DNA of 64,000 nucleotides from an uncultured delta proteobacterium (GTDB lineage Bacteria; Myxococcota; Kuafuiibacteriia; Kuafuiibacteriales; Kuafuiibacteriaceae): positions 640,001 to 704,000 of the forward strand of contig CAWDML010000008.1 of the NCBI GenBank assembly GCA_963803435.1, in the 5' to 3' direction. Positions 9,243-19,878 of the stretch are shown piece after piece; position 1 is the first letter of the stretch; each line of letters begins with the position of its first letter. Both the position numbers and the translations under genes were made by a program. The notes beneath the pieces were generated by a model that was not told where the DNA came from, did no database searches, and was given only the letters and a program-made list of their open reading frames with translations.

Positions 9243-11972
9243 TCAGAGCCAGTGAAGCATCGTCGCCACGGGCAGCCCGGCGCCCCGCTCCTCGCCCTTG
9301 GTCTCGACCCTCGTCTTCCCGCGGAGCTCGGCCACCCGCCGCGCGAGCTCGGCGCCTGCGCGGAGAGAGCCGTCGCCGCCTCGGAGGCCCGAGAGGCCCG
9401 AGCGCCCGAGCTCGTCGACCATGGCCTCGCCGCCCAGGTCGAGGCAGCGGGCGATGTGATCGCCGAAGCTCGCGTCGTCGCCGGCGTACCAGGCGGCGAT
9501 CGCGGCGTTGAGGTGGATCTCGGCTCGCTTCGGCGCCAGGCGGAGCGCCTCCTGATAGCGGTTCAGCGCTTCAGCTGGCTTCGCTTCGAGGAGACCGAGG
9601 TTGCCGAGGTTGTTCTTCGCGGCGGCGACGTCCTTACCGGCGGTGACCGCGGCTTCGAAGCGTGCTCGCGCTCCGCTCGCGTCTCCCACCATCGCGAGGA
9701 GGAGGCCCTGGCGATTGGGGTCGCCGCCCAGCGCGCGGAGGCGCGACTCGAGCGCCTCGAGCCGAGCGGCCTCAATCGCGTCGACCTCACGGGTGATCGC
9801 CTCCGCCGGACCGGGATCCACCCGCGGAGATGGCACGCCGGCGGAGACGAGCTCGACGGGAGCGAAGCGCTTCCAGGCGGCGCGAGGATCGATCGTCTCG
9901 AGCTCCCCTCTCTTCGATCGCGCCGAGGCGATCTCAGCGGCGGCCTCCTTCCACGCCTCGAGGAACGGACGGCCGACCTTGGTGGTCTCGATCGGGATGA
10001 AGGCGCGGCCCTCGTGCTCGAGGACCATCGTTGGATCCGCGGCGAGGAGGAGCGCGTTGCGCACCGGGAGTCCGCTGTCGACGGCGACGAAGATGTGCTC
10101 GCGCGTGGTGACGAGGAGCGTCTCGAGCTCGGCGGCCTCCGCGAGCGCCGCGTAGAGGACGGCCAGGTCGTCGCAGTCGCCGCCGCCGCGAGCGAGCGTC
10201 TCCGTCGGGAACTGCACGTAGTCGAGCCCCCCGGTGCGGAACGGGTTCAGCGGGTCCTTCGTGTAGTGGAGGCCCGCGAGCGAGCGGAAGATCGCGACCG
10301 GCAGCCGGAGGACGCTGGTCCCGTCCGCGTCACCGGCCGTCGCGGCGATCGACTTGGCCGCGGCCTGGATCGCCTGCGAGCGATGCGTGACGAAGGCCGC
10401 GGCGGAGTCAGGCTCTTTCCAGGAGAGAGCGTTCTTGTCGAGCACGACGATCGGGAACGTTCGGGTCTCGTCGAAGTGGAGCTCGCCGGCCTCGTAGCTC
10501 AGCGCGACCTGGACCGCGCCTGCCCGGTTCTCGTCGAGTCGAGAGAGCGCGTCGGGGTCGAGGACCACGCGCGGCTCCACGGTGCTCGTCGCTTTGGGTG
10601 CGAGGGCGCCGACCTTGGTGTCGAGCGGAGCGCTGGAGAGCCCGACGATCGCGACAGAAGCGATCAGGTTCGTCACCGGGAGTCGGCCGCGGTTCACCAG
10701 GACGAGCCGTCCCACCGGTCGATCGACCGCTCCCGCCCGGGCCGGGAAGAGCTCGTCGAATCTTGCGCTCTCGATCTCGATCGGTCGTCGCTCGGCGTCC
10801 GAGCTGCGCTTGGGGAGCGTGACCTTGCCGAGGAACGCAGCGTGCTTGCGGATGAGCGCGTCGTAGAGGCCGCGGGCGAGCTGCGAGCCGAGCTCGGCGG
10901 CGCACGTCGCGAGCGCGCCGGCCTCGCAGCGCTGGTGGCCGGCGGAGATCGTCTCCTTGGAGATCGCCGCCACGATGCGGAGCTCGAGCTCGAGCTTCGC
11001 GCCGGCGCCGTGGACGCTCCCGCTCAGGAGGAGCGTTCGCTCCGGGGGAAGCGCCTGGGCCGCCTCGGCGAAGTCGAGGAACCCCGATTCGAAGAGCGCG
11101 GTCTCGAGGATGGATCCGATTGCGTGCGCCTCCCAGCCCTTCACGCCGGAGATCCCTCCCACGCGCATGCCCATCCGGAAGCTCCGTTCGGGCGCGAGCT
11201 GCGCCTTGATGGTGCGGTCGGAGTATCCGAACACCAGGACGCCGGACTCGGGCGTTCGGTCGAGCGCGAGCGCGATCGAGCGGGCGCTGCCCGCGGCGTC
11301 GAGCGCCAGCTTGGCCAGGCCGCGGTCGGTTGCGAGCACCTCGACGTTCTTCACCTCGGGGAGGCGCTCGACGACCTTCATCACGGCATCGGTCTCCTGG
11401 ACGCTCTTCACGCCGGCGATGAGGAGCTCGATCCGCTCGGTGGTGCGCTGCGTCGCCAGCGCGGCCAGCACCTGCTGCGCGAGCGCCTCACCGGCGCGGG
11501 CGGCTGCTTGCTCGGCGGCTCGCGGAAAGCTGAAGTCCATGCCCGAGCCGCGGGCGGTGAACGCGCCGATCACCTGACCCGTGTCGACTGCGATCAACCG
11601 CGCGCGAAGGCCGGCGTCGGCGCGCGCGACGCGACCCTCGAGCATCGTGACCGGCGCGGGATCGATCGAGACGGTCGCGGCGACCAGCACGTCGGCGTCG
11701 AGGGCGCTGAGCGCCTTGGGCGGGGCGCCGGCGACGATCTGACCGGGGTCGAGCTCTCTTCGGATCGCCCGGGACTGGGCGTCGTCCACCAGCACCTGGC
11801 CTGCTGCGATCAGCGCATTCGAGAGGGAGGTCTCGGAGAAGGATCCGGACGACACGTCGCCCTTCACCTTCTCCTGGAAAGCCGTGGCGAAGCGGAGGGG
11901 TCCGCCGCTGGCGGCGGCGGGGACGAGGACGAGGAGGAGCGCGTTGGCGGCGAGGGCTGCGATCCGTTTCAT
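9243..11972 (-). CDS. Secreted multidomain protein with transglutaminase-like (Cys-His) domain and C-terminal TPR
   Basis: Signal peptide; DYVQFPTETLARGGGDCDDLAVLY...HIFVAVD...IPIETT; TPR AKNNLGNL...IHLNAAIA. Confidence 0.75.
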   Translation of the reverse strand: MKRIAALAANALLLVLVPAAASGGPLRFATAFQEKVKGDVSSGSFSETSLSNALIAAGQVLVDDAQSRAIRRELDPGQIVAGAPPKALSALDADVLVAATVSIDPAPVTMLEGRVARADAGLRARLIAVDTGQVIGAFTARGSGMDFSFPRAAEQAAARAGEALAQQVLAALATQRTTERIELLIAGVKSVQETDAVMKVVERLPEVKNVEVLATDRGLAKLALDAAGSARSIALALDRTPESGVLVFGYSDRTIKAQLAPERSFRMGMRVGGISGVKGWEAHAIGSILETALFESGFLDFAEAAQALPPERTLLLSGSVHGAGAKLELELRIVAAISKETISAGHQRCEAGALATCAAELGSQLARGLYDALIRKHAAFLGKVTLPKRSSDAERRPIEIESARFDELFPARAGAVDRPVGRLVLVNRGRLPVTNLIASVAIVGLSSAPLDTKVGALAPKATSTVEPRVVLDPDALSRLDENRAGAVQVALSYEAGELHFDETRTFPIVVLDKNALSWKEPDSAAAFVTHRSQAIQAAAKSIAATAGDADGTSVLRLPVAIFRSLAGLHYTKDPLNPFRTGGLDYVQFPTETLARGGGDCDDLAVLYAALAEAAELETLLVTTREHIFVAVDSGLPVRNALLLAADPTMVLEHEGRAFIPIETTKVGRPFLEAWKEAAAEIASARSKRGELETIDPRAAWKRFAPVELVSAGVPSPRVDPGPAEAITREVDAIEAARLEALESRLRALGGDPNRQGLLLAMVGDASGARARFEAAVTAGKDVAAAKNNLGNLGLLEAKPAEALNRYQEALRLAPKRAEIHLNAAIAAWYAGDDASFGDHIARCLDLGGEAMVDELGRSGLSGLRGGDGSLRAGAELARRVAELRGKTRVETKGEERGAGLPVATMLHWL

Positions 11973-12673
11973 CTCTGTTCCCCTATGCTGAAGCGAACGG
12001 TGGAGAAGGAGCCGGTCGGCTCGCCGGCGCGCAGCTCGCCGGCGGCCTCGACGCTCGAGAGGTACGAGCGGGCGCAGGCCACGAACGCGCGCGCTCGGGC
12101 GTCGTTGGGCTGCACGCCCCAGGAGTTGATCGCACCGCCCGCGCCCGCGACCAGCACCAGCTCGAGGCGCCGTCCGGCGGTCTCATCGGTCTGGGTGGTG
12201 CGGTGGCAGCGAACCAGCTGACGCTCGACGCCCCGGAGGGCCGAAGCCGCGGCAGAAGCCGGGAGCGGACCGGTGGTGCGCGCGGCTCCGAGCACGATCC
12301 GTCGAGGCTCGGGCGAACGCGGTGGCGCAGGAGGCGCCGGTTCCAGCGAGGGCGTTTGTTGTGCGAGCGGCGCGACCTCGGGCTCGTGGGCGCGAAAGAG
12401 GAAGAGCGCCACGACCGCGATCGCGATCGCCGCGGTCACGAGCGCCGGTGCGAGGAGGCGGGCACCTCGGGCCGGTCGCTCCAGCGAACGCTCGAGGCGG
12501 CGCCGCACGCGGGTCTCGGCGCCGGGTGCCGGCGCGATCTCGGAGAGCGCCTGGTAGTCGCGGCGTGCCTCCTCGATCCGCGCCTCGATCCGCTGGCGCA
12601 CCCGGGCCTCGGCGCCGGGCGGCGCTTCGGTCTCCTCCTTCAGCCGACGCAGGGCGCCGCGGAACCGATTCAT
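11969..12673 (-). CDS. Probable anti-sigma factor (single TM, C-terminal AgmX/PglI-like domain)
   Basis: Overlaps the ECF stop codon; cytoplasmic N-terminus, TM LVTAAIAIAVVALFLF, periplasmic RC...ACAR. Confidence 0.6.
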   Translation of the reverse strand: MNRFRGALRRLKEETEAPPGAEARVRQRIEARIEEARRDYQALSEIAPAPGAETRVRRRLERSLERPARGARLLAPALVTAAIAIAVVALFLFRAHEPEVAPLAQQTPSLEPAPPAPPRSPEPRRIVLGAARTTGPLPASAAASALRGVERQLVRCHRTTQTDETAGRRLELVLVAGAGGAINSWGVQPNDARARAFVACARSYLSSVEAAGELRAGEPTGSFSTVRFSIGEQR

Positions 12674-13257
12674 GACGCCGGCGCCTCCGCGGTCACCACC
12701 GGATCGGGTGCGAGCGACTCGGCCTCAGCAGCCCGCTCGAACTTCGCTCGCGCCAGGCGGAGGCGACTCGCCACCGTACCGACGGGGATCTGGAGGAGCT
12801 CGGCCACCTCGGGGCCGGAGCGCTCCTCGACATCGGAGAGGATCAGGACCTCGCGCTGCGCCTCGGGAAGCGTCATCAGCGCGCGCTGTACCCTGCGGGC
12901 GGAGTCGGAGAGCTCGTACGCCGAGTCGGGCGCGCGTGCGCTGTCGGTAACCTCGGGGACGGGTCCCGGCACCCAGCGGCGCACCCAGGCTCGCCGTCGA
13001 TGCTTGGCCAGCACGCGGCGCGTGATCCCGTAGACCCACGACGGGAAGCGGTCGGGGTGCTCGAGCCGATCGAGCGTCCCCAGCAGCACCATGAACGCAT
13101 CGTGGGCCGCGTCCTCACTGTCGACGCGCGGACCTCCGAGTCGCGCGCACCAGCGGAGGACGATCGGGAGCCAGTCCCGGCACAGCTCGTCGCGTGCGCG
13201 GAGGTCCCCCCGGATCACCTCGTCGAGGAGGCCGGGCCGAAGCGTAGGCGTGCTCAT
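12670..13257 (-). CDS. ECF sigma-70 factor
   Basis: Region 2 DSEDAAHDAF...FPSWVYGIT; region 4 LPEAQREVLIL...EVAELLQIPVGTVASRLRLAR. Confidence 0.92.
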   Translation of the reverse strand: MSTPTLRPGLLDEVIRGDLRARDELCRDWLPIVLRWCARLGGPRVDSEDAAHDAFMVLLGTLDRLEHPDRFPSWVYGITRRVLAKHRRRAWVRRWVPGPVPEVTDSARAPDSAYELSDSARRVQRALMTLPEAQREVLILSDVEERSGPEVAELLQIPVGTVASRLRLARAKFERAAEAESLAPDPVVTAEAPAS

Positions 13258-14862
13258 CGCCAGATCCGGACGATGAACGGCCGCTCCATGAAGTTGGCGT
13301 CGCGCGTGAAGCCCGTGGCGAGGAGGTAGCGATCGCGGTCCAGCGCGAGTCCTTCCGGGAAGAAGGCGCGACCATTCCGCGTGGCAACGCGTGCGATGCC
13401 GGCCGTCCCGAACGTGGGATCGAGCCCGCCCCCGTCGACGAAGCGATAGATCACCAGACCGCCGACTTCGCCGGTGAGCACGTAGAAGCCGCCGGCGGGA
13501 TCGAGGGTGATCGCGGCGAGGATGCCGGGCATCCGGGCCGAGCTCAGACCGCCGGGACCGAACGTCGGGTCCGGCTCGCCGTCCGCGCTCAGGTGATACA
13601 GCGCGATGACGCCGCCGAGGTACGTCTGATACGCGACCAGGATAGAGTCGTCGGGCAGAACCGCCACCTTGAAGCTCTGGTTCGCTGCGTTCGGGAGGTG
13701 CACGCCGCCCGCCTCGCCGAAGCCGGGGTCGATCACGCCGACGCTGGAGGTTCGCACCACCAGCGTCTCACCGGTCTGATCCGGCAAGACCGCGATCCCG
13801 ACCAGGATCATGCGGAGGGCAGACTGGAGTGCCATCCCCTGCCATCCCCAGGCGGAGGTGTCGTAGGTGGTGATGCCGAGATCGCGGTTCCCGTCGTCGT
13901 CGTAGCCGAGGAGGATTCCGTAGTCGTCGGGCGCGAACGCCGAGCTGGCGATCCCGGCGGTGAGGATCTCGCCGTCGCTCCGCAGCGCGAGCGTGTGCAT
14001 GAGGTCTTGCTCGATGCCCGCGGTCGCGCTCTCCGTATAGACCTGGCGCCCGCCCCCGAAGACAGGATCGAAGCTCCCATCCTCGAGGAGCCGCGTCACG
14101 ACGGGCTTGTGGAGCCCGACCGCGGCGGCGCCGGCGACGACGATCCGGTTCTCGCGATCGATCGCCACGCCGATGCCGTAGCCGTCGCTGGAGAGCGCCG
14201 GGTTCTGGGTCACGTTGCGGTAGCCGGTCCCATCGAAGCTGGTGTCGACCGCACCCTGGGCGGTCCAGCGGAACACCGTGATCCCTTGCGATGCGCCGGC
14301 CACGAGTATCCGGCGGCGGGCATCGAGCGTGAGCGCGAGCCCCTCGCCCGTCACGGGCTGCTCGCGAGCGAACCCGCCGTCGCCGAAGAGAACGTCGAGC
14401 GATCCGGACGGTCCGCGCACCAGGGAGATCGAGCGGCGCAAAGGCGGTGACGCCGCCGGACGCGGCGCGGATCCTCACCGTGTAGAGGCCCTGCGGTGCC
14501 GTGGCGGTGGCGGAGAAGCGGATCGTGGTGCGGTCGACGCCCTCGGCCAGGCGGGGCGAGGTGGAGGCGACGCCGGGCGGCAGCTCGACGGCGCCGAGCT
14601 CGACCTCCCCCAGCGGGCCGCCGCGGATCACCGTCACCTCGGCCTCGAGCGCGCTCCGTAGGATCAGCTCCGCGCGGGTGGCGGTCAGTACGAGCGCCAG
14701 CGCGGACGGTCCTGCGTCCACGTCGCCGCCGTCGGGCGCCGCCGCATCGGGGCGCGCGCCGGCGTCGCCCGATGCATCCGTCCGCGCTCCGGTGTCCTCC
14801 TGGGCGGAGGATCCTCCGCAGCCGTAGGAGGCGAGGAACGTCAGCAAGAGGCATCGATTCAT
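13254..14862 (-). CDS. Lipoprotein with Ig-like domain and delta-60-type beta-propeller repeats (frameshift at ~14424)
   Basis: Lipobox-like MNRCLLLTFLASYGC at 14862, overlapping the upstream stop; repeats G.LD..FG.GG. Removing one base of the GGG at 14423-14425 joins APLDL to LVRGPSGSLD. Confidence 0.78.
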
Positions 14863-17800
14863 CGGTGGAACCTCAGTTCGAGCTCGAGATAGTCGGCGGC
14901 GACGGCGGGGAGGACGCTGCCCGCGGCGAGCGTCCCCTTGGGGACGAGGAGCGCGTACACCTCGAGGTCGGACGTCACGTAGCGGAAGGGTTCGCTCGGC
15001 GAAGCGCGAAGCTCCCCGGGGCGATCGAGCGGGCTCGCGTTCTGGGCGACGGATCGCCACGCGCCGGACCATGCGTCCCACAGCCACAGCTCGGCGCCCT
15101 CTCGCGCGGCGGGGCCGTCGTTGCCCTCGGCGCCGGCCACGGCCTCGATCTCGAGGGCATCAATCGGCGTCGGCGTCGCGAAGGCGTCGCCGAGATCGAA
15201 GGCGAACAGGACTCCGGGGCGTTGCTCGGGATCCATGTCGAGGAGCCAGGTGTCACCGAGGTCGGGACCGATGGAGACGTGGCCGCCGAACACGAGCAGC
15301 TCGCGGCGACTCGGATCGTGAACGACGCCTGCGCCCGTTCGAGGACGGGGCGCGAGCCCGGTGATCGGCGGCGCATCCCACCGCGTGCCGTCCCACTCCC
15401 AGACGTCGGAGAGCTCGCTCGCTCCCACCTGGAGATGGCCGCCGAACAGCACCGCGCGACCGCGAAGCGTGTCGCTCGTGAAGCCGAAGCCCTGGCGCGC
15501 ACCGGGATCGACGGGCGGGCTGGTGAGGATCCACCGCGCGCCGTCCCACTCCCAGGTGTCCGCGTTCGCGCCCAGGCCGGCGAAGAGCACCGCGCGCTGG
15601 TGGAGCGCGTCGAAGGCCAGCGCCCCTCCGCCGGACGCAGCGGGGATGAGCCCGGTCGGCGTCGCCTCGCGCCAGTCCCCGTCTTCGCGGACCCAGGTGC
15701 GGCTGGTGGCGCCGCTGCCGGTGAGGAGCACCAGGCCGTCGCCGGGACCGCTCCCCATCGCGACCAGCGGATCCGTCGCGCCAATCGACGCCTGCATGGA
15801 CCAGTCCGCGCCGTCCCACGCCCAGGTCTCGCCGTTGAAGAGGACGAGCGTGTCACGCGATCGATCGTATGCGAGCGCGCCCAGCGCGTTCGGGCCTCCG
15901 CTCGGAGGGGTGACCTCCTCCCAGCGCCAGCCATTCCAGGTCCAGGTGTCGGCGAGACCCGGACCGCCGAAGAGGACGGCGCGCTCGTGGGCTTCGTCGT
16001 AGCCGATCACTGTGCGGCGTGCGCTGGGCGCGAGGCCGTTCGGTGTCAGCTCGCTCCACTCGGTGCCGTCCCAGGCCCAGGTGTCGGGGCGCAGCCAGCT
16101 GGGAAACGGGATCTCTTCGCCGCGACCAGCGATCAGGACGGTCGCGTGCAGGTTCGGATCGTAGGCCATCTTCGAGGCGTGGCGCGGATCGGGGCGGGGG
16201 CCGAGGGGTGCTCGGTGCGTCCATCGAAGCCCGTCCCACTCCCAGACCTCGTCGTCGTCGGTGAGGTTCGCGACGATGCCGCCGAAGAGGACCACGCGCC
16301 CGCGACCCGCGTCGTACGTGAAGCCCGACTGCTGCCGCCATCCGGGCGAGGTCGTGCCCGTGTCGATGGGCAGCCAGGTGTCCCCGTCGAGCTCCCAGGT
16401 GTCGGTGAGCGGCCCCTGCATCCCGCTCACGCCGGTGTCGCCATATCCGCCGTAGAGCACGATCCGCCCGCGCGCGGCGTCGAAGGCCATCATGTGATCG
16501 GAGCGCGCCGGCGGTCCTGCGCCGGGAAGCTCGCGCCAGCCGGCGCCCTCCCATACCCAAGTGTCGGCGTGACCGAGGCCGCCGAACAGCACCACGCGGC
16601 CGCGGACGGAGTCGTAGGCCAGCGCCCCCCCAGAGCGCGGCGTCGGCTCTGGAAGCGCGGTCGACGTACGCGTCCAGCTGTCGTTCTCGAGCGTCCAGGT
16701 CTCGGCGACGGGTTGACCGTGATTGTCGTGGGCTCCAAACGTCAGGATCCGCCCGCGCGCCGCGTCGAAGACGATGTCGTCGCCGGTCGCGTCCGGCGGC
16801 GTTCCGCCGGCGCGGCTCACGTCCAGCCAGCGCGCGCCGTCCCAGCGCCAGGTGTGCTCGCGCCCGAGGAGCCCGGTCTCTTCCCCTCCGAACGCGATCA
16901 GCTGGTCGTGCTGCGCGTCGTAGGCCATGCCGCGGATCTCGGCGGGCTGCGGATCGATCGTGGGCGCGCGCCACTCACGCCAGCCTCGCTTGCTGCTCGC
17001 TCGGACGCTGGCGCCGTCGAGTGCCGACAGCGCCTCGATGCCTGCGCGGTCCGGCTCTTCGCTCTGGGAGTCGAGCTGCACCAGGCTCGCGCGGGCGCTC
17101 CCGAGCAAGACCGCGCGGTGCGGATTCGGCGTGCGCCGGCCCGGGATCTTGCCGCCCAGAGTGGCGCGCCAGCGGATCCGTCCCGCACGCGCCGCCTGCA
17201 GCCCGGGTGCGCTCGAAGCATCGCTGAGGTTGCCGGCCCGATCGGCGAGGGCCACGAAGACATCATCGCGATCGGTGCCACCGAGGTGCAGCTGGAACGC
17301 GCCGGTGGTGCTGGTCTCGCTGCGCCCGATCTCCTGCGCGCGCTCGAGATCCTCGGCGTCGTAGGCGATCGCGACCGCGCCCGGCTCACCGACGCCCTCG
17401 ACCGAGAACCGCGGGCGGCCACCGCTGTCGTCGGTGCCCCAGGGCTCCCGGGCGTAGGTCAGCGCGTCGGGCGCGAGCGCGGTCGGCTGGGTCCGATCGA
17501 TCGTCAGCGCGGCGATCGGGAGGTCGCTCGTGCGGCGGTTGCCGGCGCGATCCTCGAGCTCGACGCGGAGGTGATAGTCGCCGTCGAGCGCCGATGATCC
17601 GGCGACAAGCTCGAAGGTGAACGCCGAGCTGCCGGCAACGATCGGCGATAGCGCGATCGCTTCGCCGGGGACGCCGTCGGGGATCGCGCTGACCGTGGGC
17701 GTCACCACCGGCTCCGTCGCGGCGAAGATCACCCGCGCGGTCGATCCCGGACCGAGCGCGCCCAGCGTGCGGAGTGGGTTTCCGGGTCCTGGCGAGAGCG

Positions 17801-18527
17801 TCACGAGGGCCGTCTCGGGCACCAGCCCGGGTGCGACGGTGTCGAGCGTGATCTCGGCGGCGCGGGGCTCGGACTCGTAGCCGTGGCGGTCGGCGACCTT
17901 GGCGTAGACGGCCGCCGGCCCGTCGCTGCAGGTGCTGGTCCCGCAGAGGTCGTAGCTGAGGCGGAAGCCGTCGCCCCAGGCGACCTCGGCGGCGGGCGCT
18001 TCTAGGCGGTCGATGGTGAAGTCGAAGTCGCGCGCCAGCACGATGCGCTCGGCACTCTGGGCGCCGAGCAGCACGGTCACGCGCGGTGAGCTGACAAAGC
18101 CGAACGACGTCGCTTCCTCGATGCGGACGCCGCTCATGGACAAGGACGGTGTACGCGAGAGCGCCACGTAGACCTCGACGTTCGCCTCGACGCCCGGATG
18201 GAGATCGAACTGCTCGGAGATCCCGCGATAGAGGACGGCGCTCGAGCCCGTGCCGGGCCCGTCGCGGACCTCGGCAATCAGAACGCGGTGGTCGCCGCTG
18301 GGCACGTCCGCGAGGCGTACGTCCGAGTCGAGCACCAGCGGGGTGACCGATGAGGCGAGCGCCCGGCCGGTGGCGTCGAGGTCCGGCCGCTCCTCCACGC
18401 GAAGGTGGAGGAACAAGCTGCTCGGATCCGCGGGCGGTGGATCGCTCCACTCGAACACGACGCGGGCGTGACCCCGCGACTGGCAGCCCCCGAGCAGGGC
18501 GAGCGCCAGGAGCACGCGCCGTCTCAT
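14859..18527 (-). CDS. Large lipoprotein with Ig-like domains and Kelch-type repeats
   Basis: MRRRVLLALALLGGC lipobox; about 11 repeats of AYD..RGRVVLFGG...DTWEWDG..W. Confidence 0.88.
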   Translation of the reverse strand: MRRRVLLALALLGGCQSRGHARVVFEWSDPPPADPSSLFLHLRVEERPDLDATGRALASSVTPLVLDSDVRLADVPSGDHRVLIAEVRDGPGTGSSAVLYRGISEQFDLHPGVEANVEVYVALSRTPSLSMSGVRIEEATSFGFVSSPRVTVLLGAQSAERIVLARDFDFTIDRLEAPAAEVAWGDGFRLSYDLCGTSTCSDGPAAVYAKVADRHGYESEPRAAEITLDTVAPGLVPETALVTLSPGPGNPLRTLGALGPGSTARVIFAATEPVVTPTVSAIPDGVPGEAIALSPIVAGSSAFTFELVAGSSALDGDYHLRVELEDRAGNRRTSDLPIAALTIDRTQPTALAPDALTYAREPWGTDDSGGRPRFSVEGVGEPGAVAIAYDAEDLERAQEIGRSETSTTGAFQLHLGGTDRDDVFVALADRAGNLSDASSAPGLQAARAGRIRWRATLGGKIPGRRTPNPHRAVLLGSARASLVQLDSQSEEPDRAGIEALSALDGASVRASSKRGWREWRAPTIDPQPAEIRGMAYDAQHDQLIAFGGEETGLLGREHTWRWDGARWLDVSRAGGTPPDATGDDIVFDAARGRILTFGAHDNHGQPVAETWTLENDSWTRTSTALPEPTPRSGGALAYDSVRGRVVLFGGLGHADTWVWEGAGWRELPGAGPPARSDHMMAFDAARGRIVLYGGYGDTGVSGMQGPLTDTWELDGDTWLPIDTGTTSPGWRQQSGFTYDAGRGRVVLFGGIVANLTDDDEVWEWDGLRWTHRAPLGPRPDPRHASKMAYDPNLHATVLIAGRGEEIPFPSWLRPDTWAWDGTEWSELTPNGLAPSARRTVIGYDEAHERAVLFGGPGLADTWTWNGWRWEEVTPPSGGPNALGALAYDRSRDTLVLFNGETWAWDGADWSMQASIGATDPLVAMGSGPGDGLVLLTGSGATSRTWVREDGDWREATPTGLIPAASGGGALAFDALHQRAVLFAGLGANADTWEWDGARWILTSPPVDPGARQGFGFTSDTLRGRAVLFGGHLQVGASELSDVWEWDGTRWDAPPITGLAPRPRTGAGVVHDPSRRELLVFGGHVSIGPDLGDTWLLDMDPEQRPGVLFAFDLGDAFATPTPIDALEIEAVAGAEGNDGPAAREGAELWLWDAWSGAWRSVAQNASPLDRPGELRASPSEPFRYVTSDLEVYALLVPKGTLAAGSVLPAVAADYLELELRFHR

Positions 18528-19807
18528 CGTCCCGCTCCGATGTGCGCGTCGACATCTCCGGTGGTGGGGCGCGTCGCCAGGATCGCGGTGGTGGCTCCGG
18601 CCGCGGCGCCGACGCCGATGATCGTCCACACCCACCACTTCGCGTACCAGGGCAACGGGATCTCGGTGAGCTCCACGTGGACCTTCGTCTCCGCGCCGGC
18701 CTCGACGTAGGCGTCTTCGAAGAGCGGACGATGATCGGGCGCGCTGACCGAGAGCGAGTGCTTCCCGGCTGCGAGGTCATCGATCGCGGCGTGCGGCAGC
18801 CCGATCGCCTCACCGCCGTCGATCGAGGCGCGCGCGTCCTCGGGGTCGCTGAGGATCGCCAGCGAGCCCCGTCCCTCGACGGGTCGGCCGAGGAGGCTCC
18901 ACACGGCGAAGCGAAGCGCCGGCGCCAGAGTGCTCTCCGGCCCGCGGAACGACTCGGCGACGCGCGCCTTCACCTCCGAGTGGGCGACGTCGAAGAGCTT
19001 GAGGGAGATGACCGTCGTATCGTCGAGCTGTCCGATCGCTCCGCTCACCAGATAGTCGACGCCGAGCGCACCGCCGATCTCGATGATGCAGGCGATGTCC
19101 GACTTGCACTGGATGAGCTGCTTGTCGGCCTCGTACTTCAGCATTGTCTCGATCTCGTCGCGGCTGATCACGCTCAGGCCCTCGACCTTCTTGAGCTCGA
19201 GCGCGAGCAGCTGGGTCAGGCTCGGGCCCAGCTCCGCGCGATGGCCCTCCGCCGCGAATCCGAGCACGGCCGCCTTCGCCTCTCGCGAGCCGAGCTCGAG
19301 CCGGAAGGTCTGCTTCTGCGGTGCGCCGCCGAGCAGTCGATCGATCGCCTGGTCCACGGCTTCGACGAGCTCCGTCTCATCGTCCGTGGTCGCGCTCTCC
19401 GCGCGGTCGATGGCAGCGCTCTTGGCGTCGCTCAGCGCCAATGTGACCAGGTAGCCGGGCCCGAGCGTTCCGAGCCGGCCGGTGATCACCTTCTCGACGT
19501 CGACGATCTCGGTGAGCTTCGCCAGACAGGCATCGCTTCCCTCGCAGGCGCCCACCGACTGCTCGTCCGCTTGGTGGCCGAGCAGGATCTCGATCTCCTG
19601 CTGGCTCAGCACCGTGAGATCGGATCGCTTGCCGAGGTGTATCAGGAGCTCCTCGCTCGTGCGCTGGGCGAGGCGCTCGAGCTCAGGGGGCGCCTTCAGG
19701 GCGTAGACTGCGATGCGGGTCTTGGTCGCGGCGCTGGCATCGCCGGACCACATCAGGATCGCGAGCAGCCAGACGCAGCACCTCACGCCCCCCACCCGTG
19801 CTCTCAA
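18524..19807 (-). CDS. PEGA-domain protein with two tandem TolB-N/CsgG-like domains
   Basis: Signal peptide (start may be GTG 19786); two similar domains with C...C..IGGALGVD..G.IG.LD; PEGA GSLAILSDPEDARASIDG...GKHSLSV; C-terminal PWYAKWWVW-TM. Confidence 0.82.
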   Translation of the reverse strand: MRARVGGVRCCVWLLAILMWSGDASAATKTRIAVYALKAPPELERLAQRTSEELLIHLGKRSDLTVLSQQEIEILLGHQADEQSVGACEGSDACLAKLTEIVDVEKVITGRLGTLGPGYLVTLALSDAKSAAIDRAESATTDDETELVEAVDQAIDRLLGGAPQKQTFRLELGSREAKAAVLGFAAEGHRAELGPSLTQLLALELKKVEGLSVISRDEIETMLKYEADKQLIQCKSDIACIIEIGGALGVDYLVSGAIGQLDDTTVISLKLFDVAHSEVKARVAESFRGPESTLAPALRFAVWSLLGRPVEGRGSLAILSDPEDARASIDGGEAIGLPHAAIDDLAAGKHSLSVSAPDHRPLFEDAYVEAGAETKVHVELTEIPLPWYAKWWVWTIIGVGAAAGATTAILATRPTTGDVDAHIGAGR

Positions 19808-19878
19808 GCGGGCGGATCGATCACCGCCCTCGATTTTTTTTCAAGCGGGTGAAGCGGTAAACCCGCCGGAGGGAGAGG

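Noticed and set aside
15200-16950. Regularly spaced DNA repeats (ccgtcccactccca-like) suggesting a CRISPR array
   Set aside because: They are degenerate, in-frame Kelch WEWDG repeats inside a CDS; no identical repeats and no cas genes.
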